A DNA stretch of 55,449 bases from Pelomyxa schiedti (taxonomy: Eukaryota > Protista > Evosea): positions 1 to 55,449 of the forward strand of contig JAHLWZ010000216.1 in assembly GCA_020536535.1 (NCBI GenBank). Reading direction: 5' to 3'. The position numbers were made by a program, and so were the translations under genes. Below the pieces are notes generated by a model that was not told the DNA's origin, did not search any database, and worked only from the letters and a program-made list of their open reading frames with translations. Numbering within the stretch: the stretch's first letter is position 1; every line of letters begins with the position of its first letter. Positions 20,749 through 33,683 of this stretch are shown in pieces.

Positions 20749-23700
20749 CTATTCATGTGCGGCAAATGCTAATTGGTTGCTAGCCAGTCTGTAGTATTCG
20801 CCCTTGAGTGCCATGAGTTCATTGTGTTTACCCATCTCCTTGACTCTGCCTTCACCAACAACAACAATCTTGTCGGCGTTCTGTACTGTTGACAATCTGT
20901 GTGCGATCACAATGGTGGTTCTGCCTTGCCGTGCTCTGTCCAGAGCTTCCTGTAGAAGGCTTGTTAGGTTTGGAACTGCAAACTAGTGCAAATCTACTTG
21001 CACAATAGCCTCGCTCTCAGTGTCGAGTGCGCTGGTGGCTTCATCCAACAGCAAAATTTTGGGATCCCTAAGAATAGCTCGGGCTATGGCTATCCTCTTT
21101 CCAAATGTTAATGCACGAAAGAATTGGAGGCAAAGGCACCTGCTTCTGCCCACCGGAGAGCTGTGTACCCTTCTCACCAACGTCAGTATCTATTTAAGAA
21201 ACAACTTAGAGAAGCAGTGTGAGTTGAAGGAACCAAACCATAACCCATAGGAAGTGCGGAAATAAAGTTATGAGCGTTCGCCGCTTTTGCACATGCGATA
21301 ATTCGAGCCATATCTACCGTTTCCTCGTTTGGTAATCCCCTAGCAATATTCTCTTTGATGGTGCAGCCAAAGAGGACTGGCTCTTGGCTTACCAAACCCA
21401 TCTGTCATAGGCATCAGCATGGTTTCAATCAAAAAGAATGAGGATATTTTATACCTGACTTCTCAACCACTCAAGATTGAAGGAATTAAGTGGTTGGCCA
21501 TCTAAATAAATCCAGCCCAAAGGTGGGTCATAGAAGCGCTGTAGCAAAGAAATAATGGTACTCTTTCCGCAACTGCATCGAGTGATTTTGTGAAATCTTC
21601 TACAAGTGCATACCCACTAGATCCGACAAGAGCCACAGAACTTCCAGCAGGAACTTTCAGTGAAAAATCGTTCAACACGGTGACACCAGGACGTGTTGGA
21701 TACTGGAACGTAAGGTGCCGGAAATCTATGTTTCCTTCTACTTCATGCTATAGAAAAAGTCAGGTGACGATAGGAAACTGAAAAGTCAGACCGGTTTGTT
21801 TCCTTGAGGACTGTAAACATCGATCGGGGGATTCCTGTCCAGAAGGTTGTAAATGCAAAAGGATGCTATCTTTGCTTTGCTATAATCTGGCATCATGGCA
21901 GCAAGTTGAGTGCACAAAAGGGCACCAAAAGTGATTCCCATTTGCGCCTAAAGAGTTGTTAGTTGAGTTTGTTATTGTGACTAGACGGTACCTTCATAAG
22001 CTCCGTGAATGTTATCTTTCCGTCACGTACAAGAACACCGCCATACCAAAAAGCCACAATGTATAAAACATAGATATAAGAATTGGAAACAGCTGATCCG
22101 AGAGCATTGACCATACCATTCTGCAGACCTAAGTAGAATGGGAAGGAGCCTTGGACTGGGGATGGACCTACCTCGTGCCATTGGGGGAAGTAATTCTTTA
22201 TTGAAATGTTTGATGAACTTTGTTTCCTTATTCAGCATGGCAACAGTTCTTATACTCTCAATTGCTTGAGACGCGATTGTACCAGATTTTTCATACGCCT
22301 TCTTTATCTTTGCTGTCCCACTGTCGTCAAGTTAGTTTTCAGATATTCCAAAAAAGTTGTACCTGACAATGAATTTGGTTTGAATATAAACGCCAACCCC
22401 TATGAGAGGAATTAATGCCATTATCACCAGTGTCAGTTGCCATGATGCAGTAATTGACACCAGAACACCTGTTAGTAGGGAGGCTATTGCCGAAGACCCT
22501 GTTCCCAGCCGTGTTCCAGCGGCACCTGGTTTTATGTTAATTGTGGAAGTTAATTCATTGGCCTTCAACCATCCACGAGTGAGGCATCACTCGACAGTCG
22601 CGTAGAAAGTAAGCCGGTACTATTATCTTTGTCATCAAACCATCCAATATTCTGCCGCAGCATAGCAGCGAAACTCATTCTGCGCAGCTTCATTGTCAAT
22701 GTCTCACCATTGTACGTGAGGCACCCCATTTGTAAGACCATGACAATAAAAAATGCTACTCCAAGAACAACAAATGCAACTGACCAAAATGCAACATCAC
22801 CCTGTTTTGTCCAGATGAATAATCACTGCCGAAGGAGAAAATGAAATGAGGATACCTTATAGGTGGTGTTACCAGGATACCAACTGACAAGAACACCAAT
22901 GATTTCAGAAAACACAAGGGCGAAAAGAGGGAAGAGTGCTCCACCGATGGCGGCACAGAACACTCCAATAGAAAGTATCCTAATTCTACTATGAGGGGAA
23001 AAAAAATGAAACAGATTCGCAGTACCACCAGGTGGGTCTCATGAGACTGAATGAACGTAGGATCACACTGAAAGGTATTTTCTGTTCTGTCTAAGTGAAG
23101 GAAGGATAACGAGAATGTACCTCGGCCACAGATTTTTCATCTTCCTCCTTGTCTTTGAACAGGTTCTCTTTGACATCTTTCTCCTGGTTGGGAATAAGAA
23201 AAAATATACAAAACCCAACAGAAAACCTTGTCAATTTTTTTGCGAGCTATCGTTTCATCCTTGTTTCCAGAAAGTTGCTGGTTTTTGACCAGACTATGGT
23301 ATAAACCTTGCTTTTCCATCAAAGTTTGATGGTTCCCCGTTTCAACTACTTTCCCATGATTAAGAACTATAATCTTATCAGCATGTTGCACAGTCGAAAG
23401 TCTTTTACACAGGATATGAGAAAGTGCAAGTGAAAAAAGATACAGTACCTGTGTGCAACAATTATGGTAGTTCTCCCCTTACTCACTCTCTCCAGTGCCT
23501 CTTGGACTATACCTTCGCTTTCTGTGTCGAGTGCGCTTGTTGCCTCATCCAAGAGCAGTATTTTTGGTTGGGAAATTAGAGCACGTGCTATTGCAATTCT
23601 CTTTGTAAAGTTAAGTTGATGGAAAGGAAACTTCGCCTTTTGGCAAAGGGATATACCTGCTTCTGCCCTCCAGACATTTGTACTCCTCTCTCCCCTACTA

Positions 23701-26552
23701 ATGTATCATAGCCGTCGGGGAGCCGCGATATGAAAGAGTGCGCATTGGCCTGAAAGATGTCGTTATGTGAGCAGTTCCATTATGGGGGAATTTACTAGCT
23801 TGGCTGCTTCCATGATCTCCTCATTAGTCACATGCACATGGGAACCATAGCTTATGTTCTTTTTGATGGTCATGGGGAACAGAACTGGTTCTTGACCAAC
23901 CATGGCAATCTTGATTAAACATCCAGTGGGACAAGGAAGTGAAGATTCGAGTAAAATACCTGCGACCTAAGATAGGGCACAGAGATTGTTTTTACATCAT
24001 GCCCATCAATGAGGACAGCTCCACTTAGGGGATCATAGAACCGTTGCACAAGGGAGACAATGGTGGATTTTCCGCAACCACTTGGACCAACAAGGGCGAC
24101 TGTTTGCCTTTTTTCATCTTAGAAGAATCGCAAGTTTTCAGATGTACCCTTTCTCAATTTTGATAGTAATTCCTTTGAGTACTTTGGCACCTGGCCTGGT
24201 TGGGTAGGTAAAACGAACTGCTTCTATTGAGATGTTGCCAGATATTTCTTTTTTTTTTGAGAAAAAATTAGTTCTAGAGTGAAGATATACCTGGTTTTTC
24301 ACCAGCTTCAATGATGGGATTAATGAGTGATTTCCGGTGAATAATCTGGAACTCAGTTAACAAATTTTCTCAGTGGAGAGATACATTGAAAATTTCATAT
24401 GCGGCTCCTTGGGCCTCAGCTATGGCTTGTAGATCTGGAGCTGCCTGACCAAGGGACATGGCACCTGGGTGTTGGTGAGGATATGTAGTCTCCAAATGGC
24501 TTCAATACCCATCATTACAGCAAAGAAAACAATAAGTACCTACAGAAAAAATGAGTTCCTTCGAAGAGGGAATTAACTATACCTCTCCAGCAGTCATGTC
24601 ACCCGTTCGCACTAACTTTCCGCCATACCAGAACGCAAGTCCATATCTAAGGAAATCTGTTAGCTGATAATACTAGGGGAAAAAGCAGGAGAGATACGAG
24701 GAAAACAAGAAAAGCATTAAACATCCCATGGATAATCCAGCAACGAACCCTTTTCTCTTGCCCATTGCCAGAGACTGCTCAAGAAATGTAAGGTACCTTG
24801 CCCCTCGTTAAAAGGGTGCGAACTTTTCTGAAGCAAGTTGTACCTGCTTTGCTCTCGTTTTTGGGATCCAAAAGAAGTCACTGTCCTAATACATGAAAGA
24901 ACCTTTCCGTTCGTTAATATTATTACATTAGTTGCTGGTGTACCTCCTCCGCCACACCCCCAGCCTTTGAATAAGCATCTTGTCCTTTTTGTGTGAAAGA
25001 GCGCATCACAAAGGTCATAACGGCACCTGCACTTGGGTCACCTCCAGTTTGGAGAGATTAGTTTTGCCATACCGGATATTGCTAGTAGTGGGGTAACAGA
25101 AAGGATAACTAAGGCCAATCTCCAGCCTTTCACCAAGCCAACAATAAACCCCGCAACCAAACAGCCAATGTTTTGGAGAAGTATACCAACTTTTGGACCA
25201 ATTCCTTCTTGAATCTTTTGGGTGTCGCTGGAAAACAGTAGGTATGTGAAAGTGGTAGAAAAATGTGAATTTACCTTGCAATTCGTGAGGTAAGTTCACC
25301 ACTCTTTTGACTATCATGCCATCCAATTTCTTGGGAGACAATAGCTTCAAAGAACAAACTCCGAATTTTGGTTGCTTGGCGGGTAGCAGATCTGCCCAGC
25401 ATGTATATCTGTCACAGTGTGAAAAGCATTCCTGGTGGAAGGAGCTTACTTGTAAAAAGGAGAGGACGAGGGAAGCAGCTCCAATATATGCAAGTTTTTT
25501 ACAATTATCGTAAATGGAGTCCATATCCACTGTTATAGCAACACTGGAGAACGCAAAATCGCTTGTCATCACAAATGATGTCATTGACATCGACATCGAC
25601 TCTGTCTGTGAATGTTGAAAAAGTTCGTTTCAGTGGCTCTTGAAGAGGGAAGCATACAGACGGGCCAAATCCATCAACCAATCCTCCCATCAAAATCTTT
25701 TTGCAAAAATTAGATGCCAACTTAGAGTTTTTATAAATAGACATACAGAAAAAATAGGCATCAGGGATCCAAGTGCTAGTGCAGCTATAATGCCAACGAA
25801 GATACAAATTTTGTCCACAACATCAGAAAATTGGAAGAGTTGGCCAATTGAGACTGCTTTTCTCGCTTCTTTTTTACTCTAATTGTTGATTATTACATAC
25901 TTTTATCACTACGACTCACCACAGAGAATTTGTCCTCTTCCACAGGAGGCTCTACATCGAGAACAACGCAATCGTCCTCCTGAATCTCTTCACTTGGTGC
26001 TACACCTCCACTTATGCCTTCTGAGGCAGAAACTGGTACTGGACGTGCAGTTTGCTGTTTTTTCTTCCCAAGTTCCCTTAGCTCCACGCCAGAACGGCTT
26101 TTTGACTGAGAAGTGGAACGTGAACGTGAACGAGACCGAGAGCGAGACCGAGACGTGGAACGGGGTCTAGAATGGTGATGCTTCTTCTTCTTCCCTAGTT
26201 CACGCATCTCCACTCCAGAATGACTCGGTGACCGGGAGCGAGAACGAGGGGGTGATCGTGATCCATCTCGAGAGCGTGAGTGTAGCCGTGAGCGTAACCG
26301 TGAGGACGATGGGGTCCTCGACGGCGAGCACTGGGTTTCGGAGGAGGTAGATTTCGACCGACGAGAAGAGTTGTCAGACGATGCACTGCGCTTGCCAGAG
26401 GCCGTAGATCGAACAACAGAGCGAGATCTACTCAGCGAACGTGAGCGAGACGAGGATTCGCTCCCACCGCTTGGCTCTCTCCCCCTCTTTGACGCCGCAA
26501 CGTCCTTTGCCTTGCCCCGATCTCTGCGGCCTGTGTCTGTCGAGTCACTCAT
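20749..26552 (-). CDS. ABCB/MDR (P-glycoprotein-like) full transporter with an Arg/Ser-rich N-terminal extension
   Basis: Two NBDs (GPSGCGKST...[19 protein letters not shown]; GSSGCGKST...[32 protein letters not shown]) and two TMDs. The first exon (26552 to about 25918) splices into [34 protein letters not shown]. Stop at 20749-20751. Confidence 0.93.
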
Positions 26553-27115
26553 GATGGCTTACAAATGTACGAAATAATAGGAATTCGAAATCGCCACTTG
26601 ATGCGTTCTGCCCAAGGAACAATTTAATCAAATAATCAATATTTGGCTGGCAGGAAGAGATTAAGTAGAAAGAAAGGCCGATTTCGAAAACGAATTTGAC
26701 ATTCAAGCTAAAAAGTAAAGTAAATTTGGGGGCCCCGCAGCGTCCAGTTCCGTCCAGTGCCATCTTTGGATTCCTCCAGATAAGAATTATTAGATTGTTC
26801 TCGTTCATCTTTGTCAGATTGGGTACACGTGGCTTCTGAGAGTAATAAATACTACTGGGACTGAGGGGTGGGAGGTCCCAGTAGAGAGGCCTTTTTTTTT
26901 TCCTATCCTTTTGGTGGTGGCTTCTTGTTGTGGGTTGTGGTGTGTGTGGTTCCTTTTTAGTTCACTCGCCGGTAGCCTTGGGTTTTCCGGAATTTCACGG
27001 CAATCGCGACAGTTACGAGAAGCAGAACAATTAAGATCGCACAGACTCCAATTAGACCATAGGACACGTACTGTTTGGGTGATTAGAGAGGATGTAGGGT
27101 TGCATGGGCAAAATA

Positions 27116-28034
27116 TTAGAAGAAAATGGATACAACCTCCCAGGTGTTGTCAGTAGTACAGATTGGTACACAGTCAGCCTCCACCAATGAATTGACAATG
27201 TAAGTTTGAATAACAGGATTCTGGTTTTGTTGGGATTTAAAATGTGGAAAAGTTCAGAGTGCTTACTCACATGCGGGGTAGGGCCATTAACCATGATCCA
27301 GTCCTGATCAGCGAGGTCACATATTCTGTGACTAGTGGCCTCAGGAGGGAACCTTTTTTTTTGGTGGGGTGGTTACTGGAAGAGAATTTATAAGGAGAGA
27401 GGAAACCATTCAGATGCCTCCCAGTGCACCATAACTTTAACAGGGCAGTCTGTCTCCCGTAACGTGGGTGTGGTAGATGCAACAACATGCATTTCATCAA
27501 AGTATTCTCTGGTCACATTATAGTACCTTTAAGAAAGAAAGCCGGCTTAGTTTGTAGGCTTTCCACCAAGAGAAACGAATGAAGTGGCAAGAAGTGGAAG
27601 AGCAACAAGACAAGAATCATGTACTCCAAAACTTCAAAATGGGGAGAGAGAGACAAGAAAGAAGGAGAGAGACAGACAGAAAGAAAGAAATAAAGAAAAG
27701 AAAAGAAAAACCCGGGTTACCAACTCTCAAAATCGGCCATGGTTGTCAAATTAGCCTCTGGGAATATGAAAAAAGCACCCTCAGGCACCAAAAGCGCCTC
27801 CAATTGGTCAACTGGCGCGTGCACGTCCAGCAAGTGGTACCACTGCGTAACAACGCTGTCCACGTCCTCCTGATTGAAGTCAATCGCCTTCTGCTCCTCC
27901 GACGACGCCGCCGCCATCGCGCCGCCAAAAGCGAGCGCCGACGAGCGCGTTGCGCACGCAACGAGCAGCGAAAACAGCAACAAAGTGGCGGTGTTTGTTG
28001 ACGCGGATCTACGCTGGGCTGCGTTGTGCACCAT
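27116..28034 (-). CDS. Secreted SnoaL/NTF2-like fold protein, bacterial-type
   Basis: Signal-like TATLLLFSLLVACATRSSALA, then VVTQWYHLLDVHAPVDQLEALL..FPEANLTTMADFESW/YYNVTREYFDEMH..VMVHWEASEW/VPPEATS..DQDW../NPVIQTYIVNSL. I recognise this pattern from bacterial SnoaL-like proteins. Three GT-AG introns. Confidence 0.68.
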
Positions 28035-28376
28035 TTCGCGACCGTCAGTTAATTATCCAATAAATGCAACAAGCGTTGTTCTCTTCGGATCTGGAAAGTG
28101 TTTCCGTGAAGAGACTGAGTTTTGGGAAATCGGAGATTCTGAGTCAGCCGTCCTCTGGGACTGGACCAAGAAGGATTCCGTGAGTGACCCTATCGGCTCG
28201 TCTGCGATGTTTTGTGGAACCGAGGCACGTAGCCGAGCTCCATCACATGATCACTTCCAAAGAAGCAGAGCGAATTCGCATTCGAGGAACTACATGTAAA
28301 CAGCTGTTCTGTATCGAATCGGGGCATTTGACCCGAAATTACAAGTGAGATCCGGGTGGCTGCGGTGGCTGTTGCG

Positions 28377-31300
28377 ATGCGTAGGGTGACCGTAGTAGTT
28401 GTAGCCTTATGTGCCCTGTTGAGTCACTTGTGTGTGGGTAGCGAGAGGGGTGATGAACAACTGGCGAGAGTGCGTTATTCGTTGTTGTTGGTTTTTTTTT
28501 TTTTTTTCCCCCTTCATGTTTCTTTTCTTGGGTTGCACACTGACGGGTGCATTGTTTTTTGTTTTTTGCTTTTCTTGGAAAAGGCATTTGATGCTGCTCT
28601 AATTTCAATGTATGCTGACAACACTATTAATGAAATCCTTCGTGCCAACGATGTGATGGGGTTCATGCAGGTTTGTTTTTGGGTTTATAACTTCATTGGT
28701 ATTTGGATCTATGTGTCTCACTTGCCCAAGGTGATGGATTGTATGCCAAACACTACACTGTATCAATATCCCGAGCCAGCAGAAGGTGTTCTTTTGGAGA
28801 TTTTGAATCGCGGCTATGTTGTCATTGGAGCACGCGAAAATTTTGCCTCTGCTGGCTATGCCAATTACAGTAACCCACCTAGTGGCGCGAATCCCGATAT
28901 TGAGCGAGAAGCTTTTCGAAGGTGGATACATTTTTATGATTTTTTTCCACTCTAATCTTTTAAAGGGTTGGAGAGCACTATGGAAAATCTCTCTATGTAC
29001 AGTACAATCTTAATTTCTCCTCTACTGATGCAGTTATGGTGGCGTTGACCAATTTTGAAATCGATGGTTCGCCAGAATTAGTTTTTTTAGAAGCTTATTT
29101 TAACTTCTGCTTTCAGCTACTGCTTCTAACTATGGTTATGGTAGTTTTACTGGTGGGCAACGGCGTTCACTTCTTTATCGGGGCTCTTGCTCCACTGTTG
29201 GGGAACAGATCTACATGGCCACCAATGCGTCATCAGGAATTTCTTCACACCAAGATCTATTAAACACAATTGCGACTGTTAATTTGAAATCTCAAGCGAA
29301 GGTCAGATCCCCTGCCTACTCTCCCTTTACAACCAACCATTGTACAAGCTAGGAGCAGTTGGAACATCATCCTTCCAAGCCATTCAAGAAATTTTCCTTG
29401 ACGCTGTATGCAATCAATGCACTGCCCATTTCTAAGTAACTGAAAGGTGGTTGTACAATACACAACTGACACAGTCGCTCTTTCCGATTTGGCAACTGAT
29501 CCGTCATTGCTGGCAGTTGCTGCTTTCAAACATGCTGTAAGAACTCTTTTCCTCATTTCTCCTTCCTGGCTCAAAGTCATTGCAGTCGGCTGTTGATCCG
29601 TTCATTTGGTTCAAACTCGAATTCATCATCCCTCGCGTAATGTTTTTCCGCCTAGAGACCTATGATGAAAATAAAGTGCACTGCAGTCTTGTTGGGTGTA
29701 ATAACACTAATCAACATTCACAGGTTGAGAACTCTTCAACACTTCAGTCCTGGGAAACTGGTAACAAGGCATTGATGCAGGCGTATGATGCCGCACTTAC
29801 ATGGTTGAACGCTCTTGAACGTGAAGAGGCAATATTCCTTCGCTACAATTTGACGATCTTTGGCTTTGGGGTACGTGTGAAAAAGGAAATAGCAGCCATG
29901 ATTCACTTAATTCAGGACTGCATTGTCAAAGAGGGAGCTTACCCTACACCCGAGTCTGGTATTCTTTTTCAAATTTGCAATTAGCTTCTTAAGTTTGTAA
30001 TAGTGGGCACCCTTTTCAATATCATTGATTCCCACAAGCTCAGAATAGGTGCCCCCAATTCAGCATCACCACCATTTTTTGATGGCACCGGCCTTGTGCC
30101 TGTTGGTGCCATTCCCGACCTCGAACGTGCTGTAACTACTTGGCATACCTTCTTCCCAGGCAACCCCAAATAACCAAGATAACATCAGGTTATCTCGTGC
30201 TTTCAGTACTTTTGATCCAATTCTTGTGGACTATCATTACTTCAATTCTACGGTCGCAATCTTTGATGCGTTGGAGTCTGGTACAATAGATGGTTTGCCT
30301 CTTTTCCATTCTGTAAACACCCACTGGACTTTAAGCAACTACATCATTCATGTTTGCGGGAGGTTCTATAAAAGACACCCCTCGAAGAAGAAAATTCCAG
30401 GCATCATGTGTCACCACAGTTAATTTCTTGTTTATATATTCGATGGAATACAGAAATATAACCTCTGAAGATGAGCTGTCACAATACCTCAATGATCACC
30501 CTGGCCTTTATGTAAGATGGTATTCCTCTCAGCATTACTCATGGGAATCTTGCAGATTGGCGGCTTACAAACAGGGAATGCGCAGATAATGTCAGTTTTA
30601 TACGGCACGCTTGTTGAAGGAGTAATTGTGTATTATGATATCCAGACCGCGTTTTTGGCACTGCAAAACGATTCTCTGGTTTGCTTTCAGTAATATTTTT
30701 GGTTTAATACTTATTTAGGCTGCGTTCCTTGGAGATGCTGACCAGGTAATCTTTCTTCCATGATTTCCTTTCCAGAAACGCCACTAAATTAAACCAATTG
30801 TTCACACTAACTTATCTTAGTCCACCTTACCTGTAGGTGTATCAACGTTTTCCACTCACTTCGTTTCTCCAGCATGCTCCTTTTTCAGGAAGGACAAAGT
30901 AGCGGGTATCAATTTTCCTACAAAAATAACCTAAGCAACAAACAACAGCTTGTGGAGACACTGTCGTTGATGAAAACCTTGGAGAAGTTTGTGAAGGAGA
31001 TACTCTTGGATGCCAACACTGCGTGTGTGAACCTCTATACAAGCCCACTGTACCCGTATCATCCACATGTGCTCTTGGTACTTCACCAGAACTTTCTTTA
31101 TTCCTTCACTAGAGGAAAATAAACAAAACAGCCTGTGGAGACACAATTCTCGACCCCGCCTGGGAAGAGTGTGACAGTGGGGTTGGCTGTTCCGGTGAAT
31201 GCAAATGCAAATCAGATTATTCACCAATGGATCCCTTGACTGTGGACTGTGACGAAGGTTTGCGTTTTTCTCAAAACACACAACGCACAACGGAATACTA

Positions 31301-31552
31301 ACATATCCCAACAAGATTCCTTTAAATCCATGGCCGCCATACTTGGTGGAGTAATTGGAGGCTTTGTTTTTATAATTGTTATGGCTGTAATTATTCTCCT
31401 TGCCTTTTTCCCTTACTTCAAGGCCAAATATGTGTGTAACTGTACTTCCCTTATTTCCATTGAATTTAAAACACCCACAGATCAAAGAAGGCCAACTTCG
31501 GCAACGATTTGCCATTTTCAAGTCACGGAGTTCTTCCGCTAGTGCCACTTAA
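28377..31552 (+). CDS. Type I membrane protein with tandem solute-binding-protein (PBP type 2)-like modules and a short cytoplasmic tail
   Basis: Signal peptide MRRVTVVVVALCALLSHLCVG. Module 1: DC..YPEPAEGVL..IGA..PDIER..FSSTDAVMVALTNFEIDG..RR..SC.TV. Module 2: DC..YPTPESG..LRIGA..PDLER..FNSTVAIFDALESGTIDG..RRRKFQASCVTT. TM helix AILGGVIGGFVFIIVMAVIILLAFF, then a tail of about 25 aa. The fold call is pattern-based. Confidence 0.6.
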
Positions 31553-31648
31553 ACAAACCTCAATTGTAAAGTAAATATTCCTAAACAATTCTTTTCCACC
31601 CACGAGTTGGGGCTCTTTTTTTCTAACAACTCTGTTACATTGTGGCAT

Positions 31649-33256
31649 TTAACTTTGGGATAGGAGTGTGCAAAGTTCAGTAAAGTCAGAGGGCAAAGGA
31701 GCCTCAAAGTGAACGGGTTTTTCTGTGACTGGGTGAACAAACGATAACCCCGTAGCATGCAACATCTTGTAGAAAATTAGTAAATTTGTTGAGATGTGTG
31801 GGTTCATACTTGCCTGGGTATGTTAACACCCTTTATTGGCGGTCTTTTGTTATATATGGAATCACCCACAATGGGGTAGTTTAAGCTTGCAAGGTGAACC
31901 CTGATTTGGTGCAGTCTGCCTGTCTTTGGGTAAGCACGAACCACAAAGAATCCGCGTGCTAATATCTTGTCCACTTCAAAGTCAGTGTGTGCTTGGCGCA
32001 CAGTCCCGCCAATAGGTTTCCCGGTTTTAGCTTTGCCATCTGGGTTGACTGCACACATTTCCTTCCGGTGGACGGGGTGCCTGGCAATTCCGGCCTCACA
32101 AGTGAACCTTTGTTGTATTGGGTTCCCTTGGCATATTGCTGTGTAGTGCTTGGCTATTGTACGGGAAAGGAACTGTTCACTGAGATGAGCATGAGCTGCA
32201 TCTGTCTTGGCAACAACGAGAACTCCACTTGTATTACTGTGGGTTGATTTAGTTAGACTGCCTTAGACATGAAATGTTCGTATGCAGTACATATCGAGCC
32301 TATGGCAAATCCCAGGTCTATGCGGACCACCTCCAGCAGCAAGTTTATTATTGCAGTGGTACAGAAGTGCATGAGCAACAGTACCGGACTCGTGACCAAC
32401 ACTTGGGTGTGTCGGCATACCTGAATTTGTTTGGAAAGGGCTAAAGTTATCATTACGATAAATCAATTCCATAAGGGAAAAGAGTCAGACCTGGAGGTTT
32501 GTTCACTATTACAATATGATCATCTTCAAACAGTATAATTAGGGAAGGAAGATTCTCCGGTGTGGCAATCAGCGTCGAGCAACACTCATCATCAGACCCA
32601 CCCTCATCATCGCTCTCGCGACTGACGTTCTTGTCCTTTGCAGAAGCAGATGTCTTGTGAGTAGTGGGCACGTCCTCAGGCAGAATGACATCAAACACCT
32701 CCCCCCCAGACACTCTTGTCCTGTTCAGAATCAGAACAAATTCCACTACTCAACGGAACGGGGAAAAAGCCACAGAAAAAGTCAACACTGATGCGCATGT
32801 GAGTGGCAATGACAATGACAATGTAAGTTCGAACTAGCATGCGACGTCACACAACCCCTTCTTCCAGCAAGCCCTTTGCGTTGCTGAATTAGCGCCACTC
32901 CCTTTCCCATAACTGGGCTTTCCCCCGGTGCCGTGCCCACGCTCTCCCTTCCTTCCACCCCGTGTAGTAGCACTCGATGTCGTAGCTGGTGTTGTTGCTG
33001 CTGCCGTGGTGGTGGTGGTGGAATCCACGTGGGGGGTGACTCTGCCCTCCTCTATCAGGCGGGCCGCCACGGCGCGGGTGACGCCGGGGCGCGACATGGC
33101 ACTGATCTCGCGGGACAGTGCGGCGTCGAGCCGCTCCCCGTTCTGCTCGGGGGGTATCCGCACTTGTACCACGGCGGCGGGCGTGCACGCACAGGTTGGT
33201 TGGGCACCGGTTGGCAGAGGAGGGCCGTCGGGAGGGGTGCGTTGTTCGTCGCTCAT
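31649..33256 (-). CDS. RluA-family (RluD-like) pseudouridine synthase with an N-terminal S4-like domain
   Basis: GERLDAALSRE (S4-like), ILFEDDHIVIVNKPPGL, PTHPSVGH..GTVAHALL, HRPGICHRLD (catalytic Asp), PKTGRLHQIRVHLASLNYPIVGDSIY and MLHATGLSFVHPVT..FEAPLPSDF. Confidence 0.9.
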
Positions 33257-33683
33257 TTTTTTTTTTTGTTTCGAATTCATTTTTGGGACTCCACGCCGAT
33301 CCTGAGCGACGATAACGAAAACGAGGACCCCGGATCTTGATCAGTCACCCTGGCAAGAAACAAGCAATATCCATCTGGGCTACTCTTCACCAGAAGCTGT
33401 GCAGATGGAGTTAACTCGGGTTCCACGACGGGGTTTTTGCACCTTCCTTTTTTTAAAATCAAGTACAGATGTGGTACCATGGGCACAATAAGTTTTAGTG
33501 CTCTATTGGTGGGACGGTTCAAGTCAAAACTGTGCAAGTTTTTAGGCCAGAGATAGGCAAGTGCATTTGGTTACACGGCTGTCTGGTGTCGGTTATTGTA
33601 GTAAAGCAATGGGGTGATATGTGTACACCATCGTGCATTCAGCTCTGTGGTATGCTGACTTCTCGGGGCGGTTGGTGCTTTCT

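Noticed and set aside
25893-26552. Stand-alone SR splicing factor
   Set aside because: There is no RRM, and a GT-AG intron joins the exon in frame to the ABCB TMD1, which has no other start.
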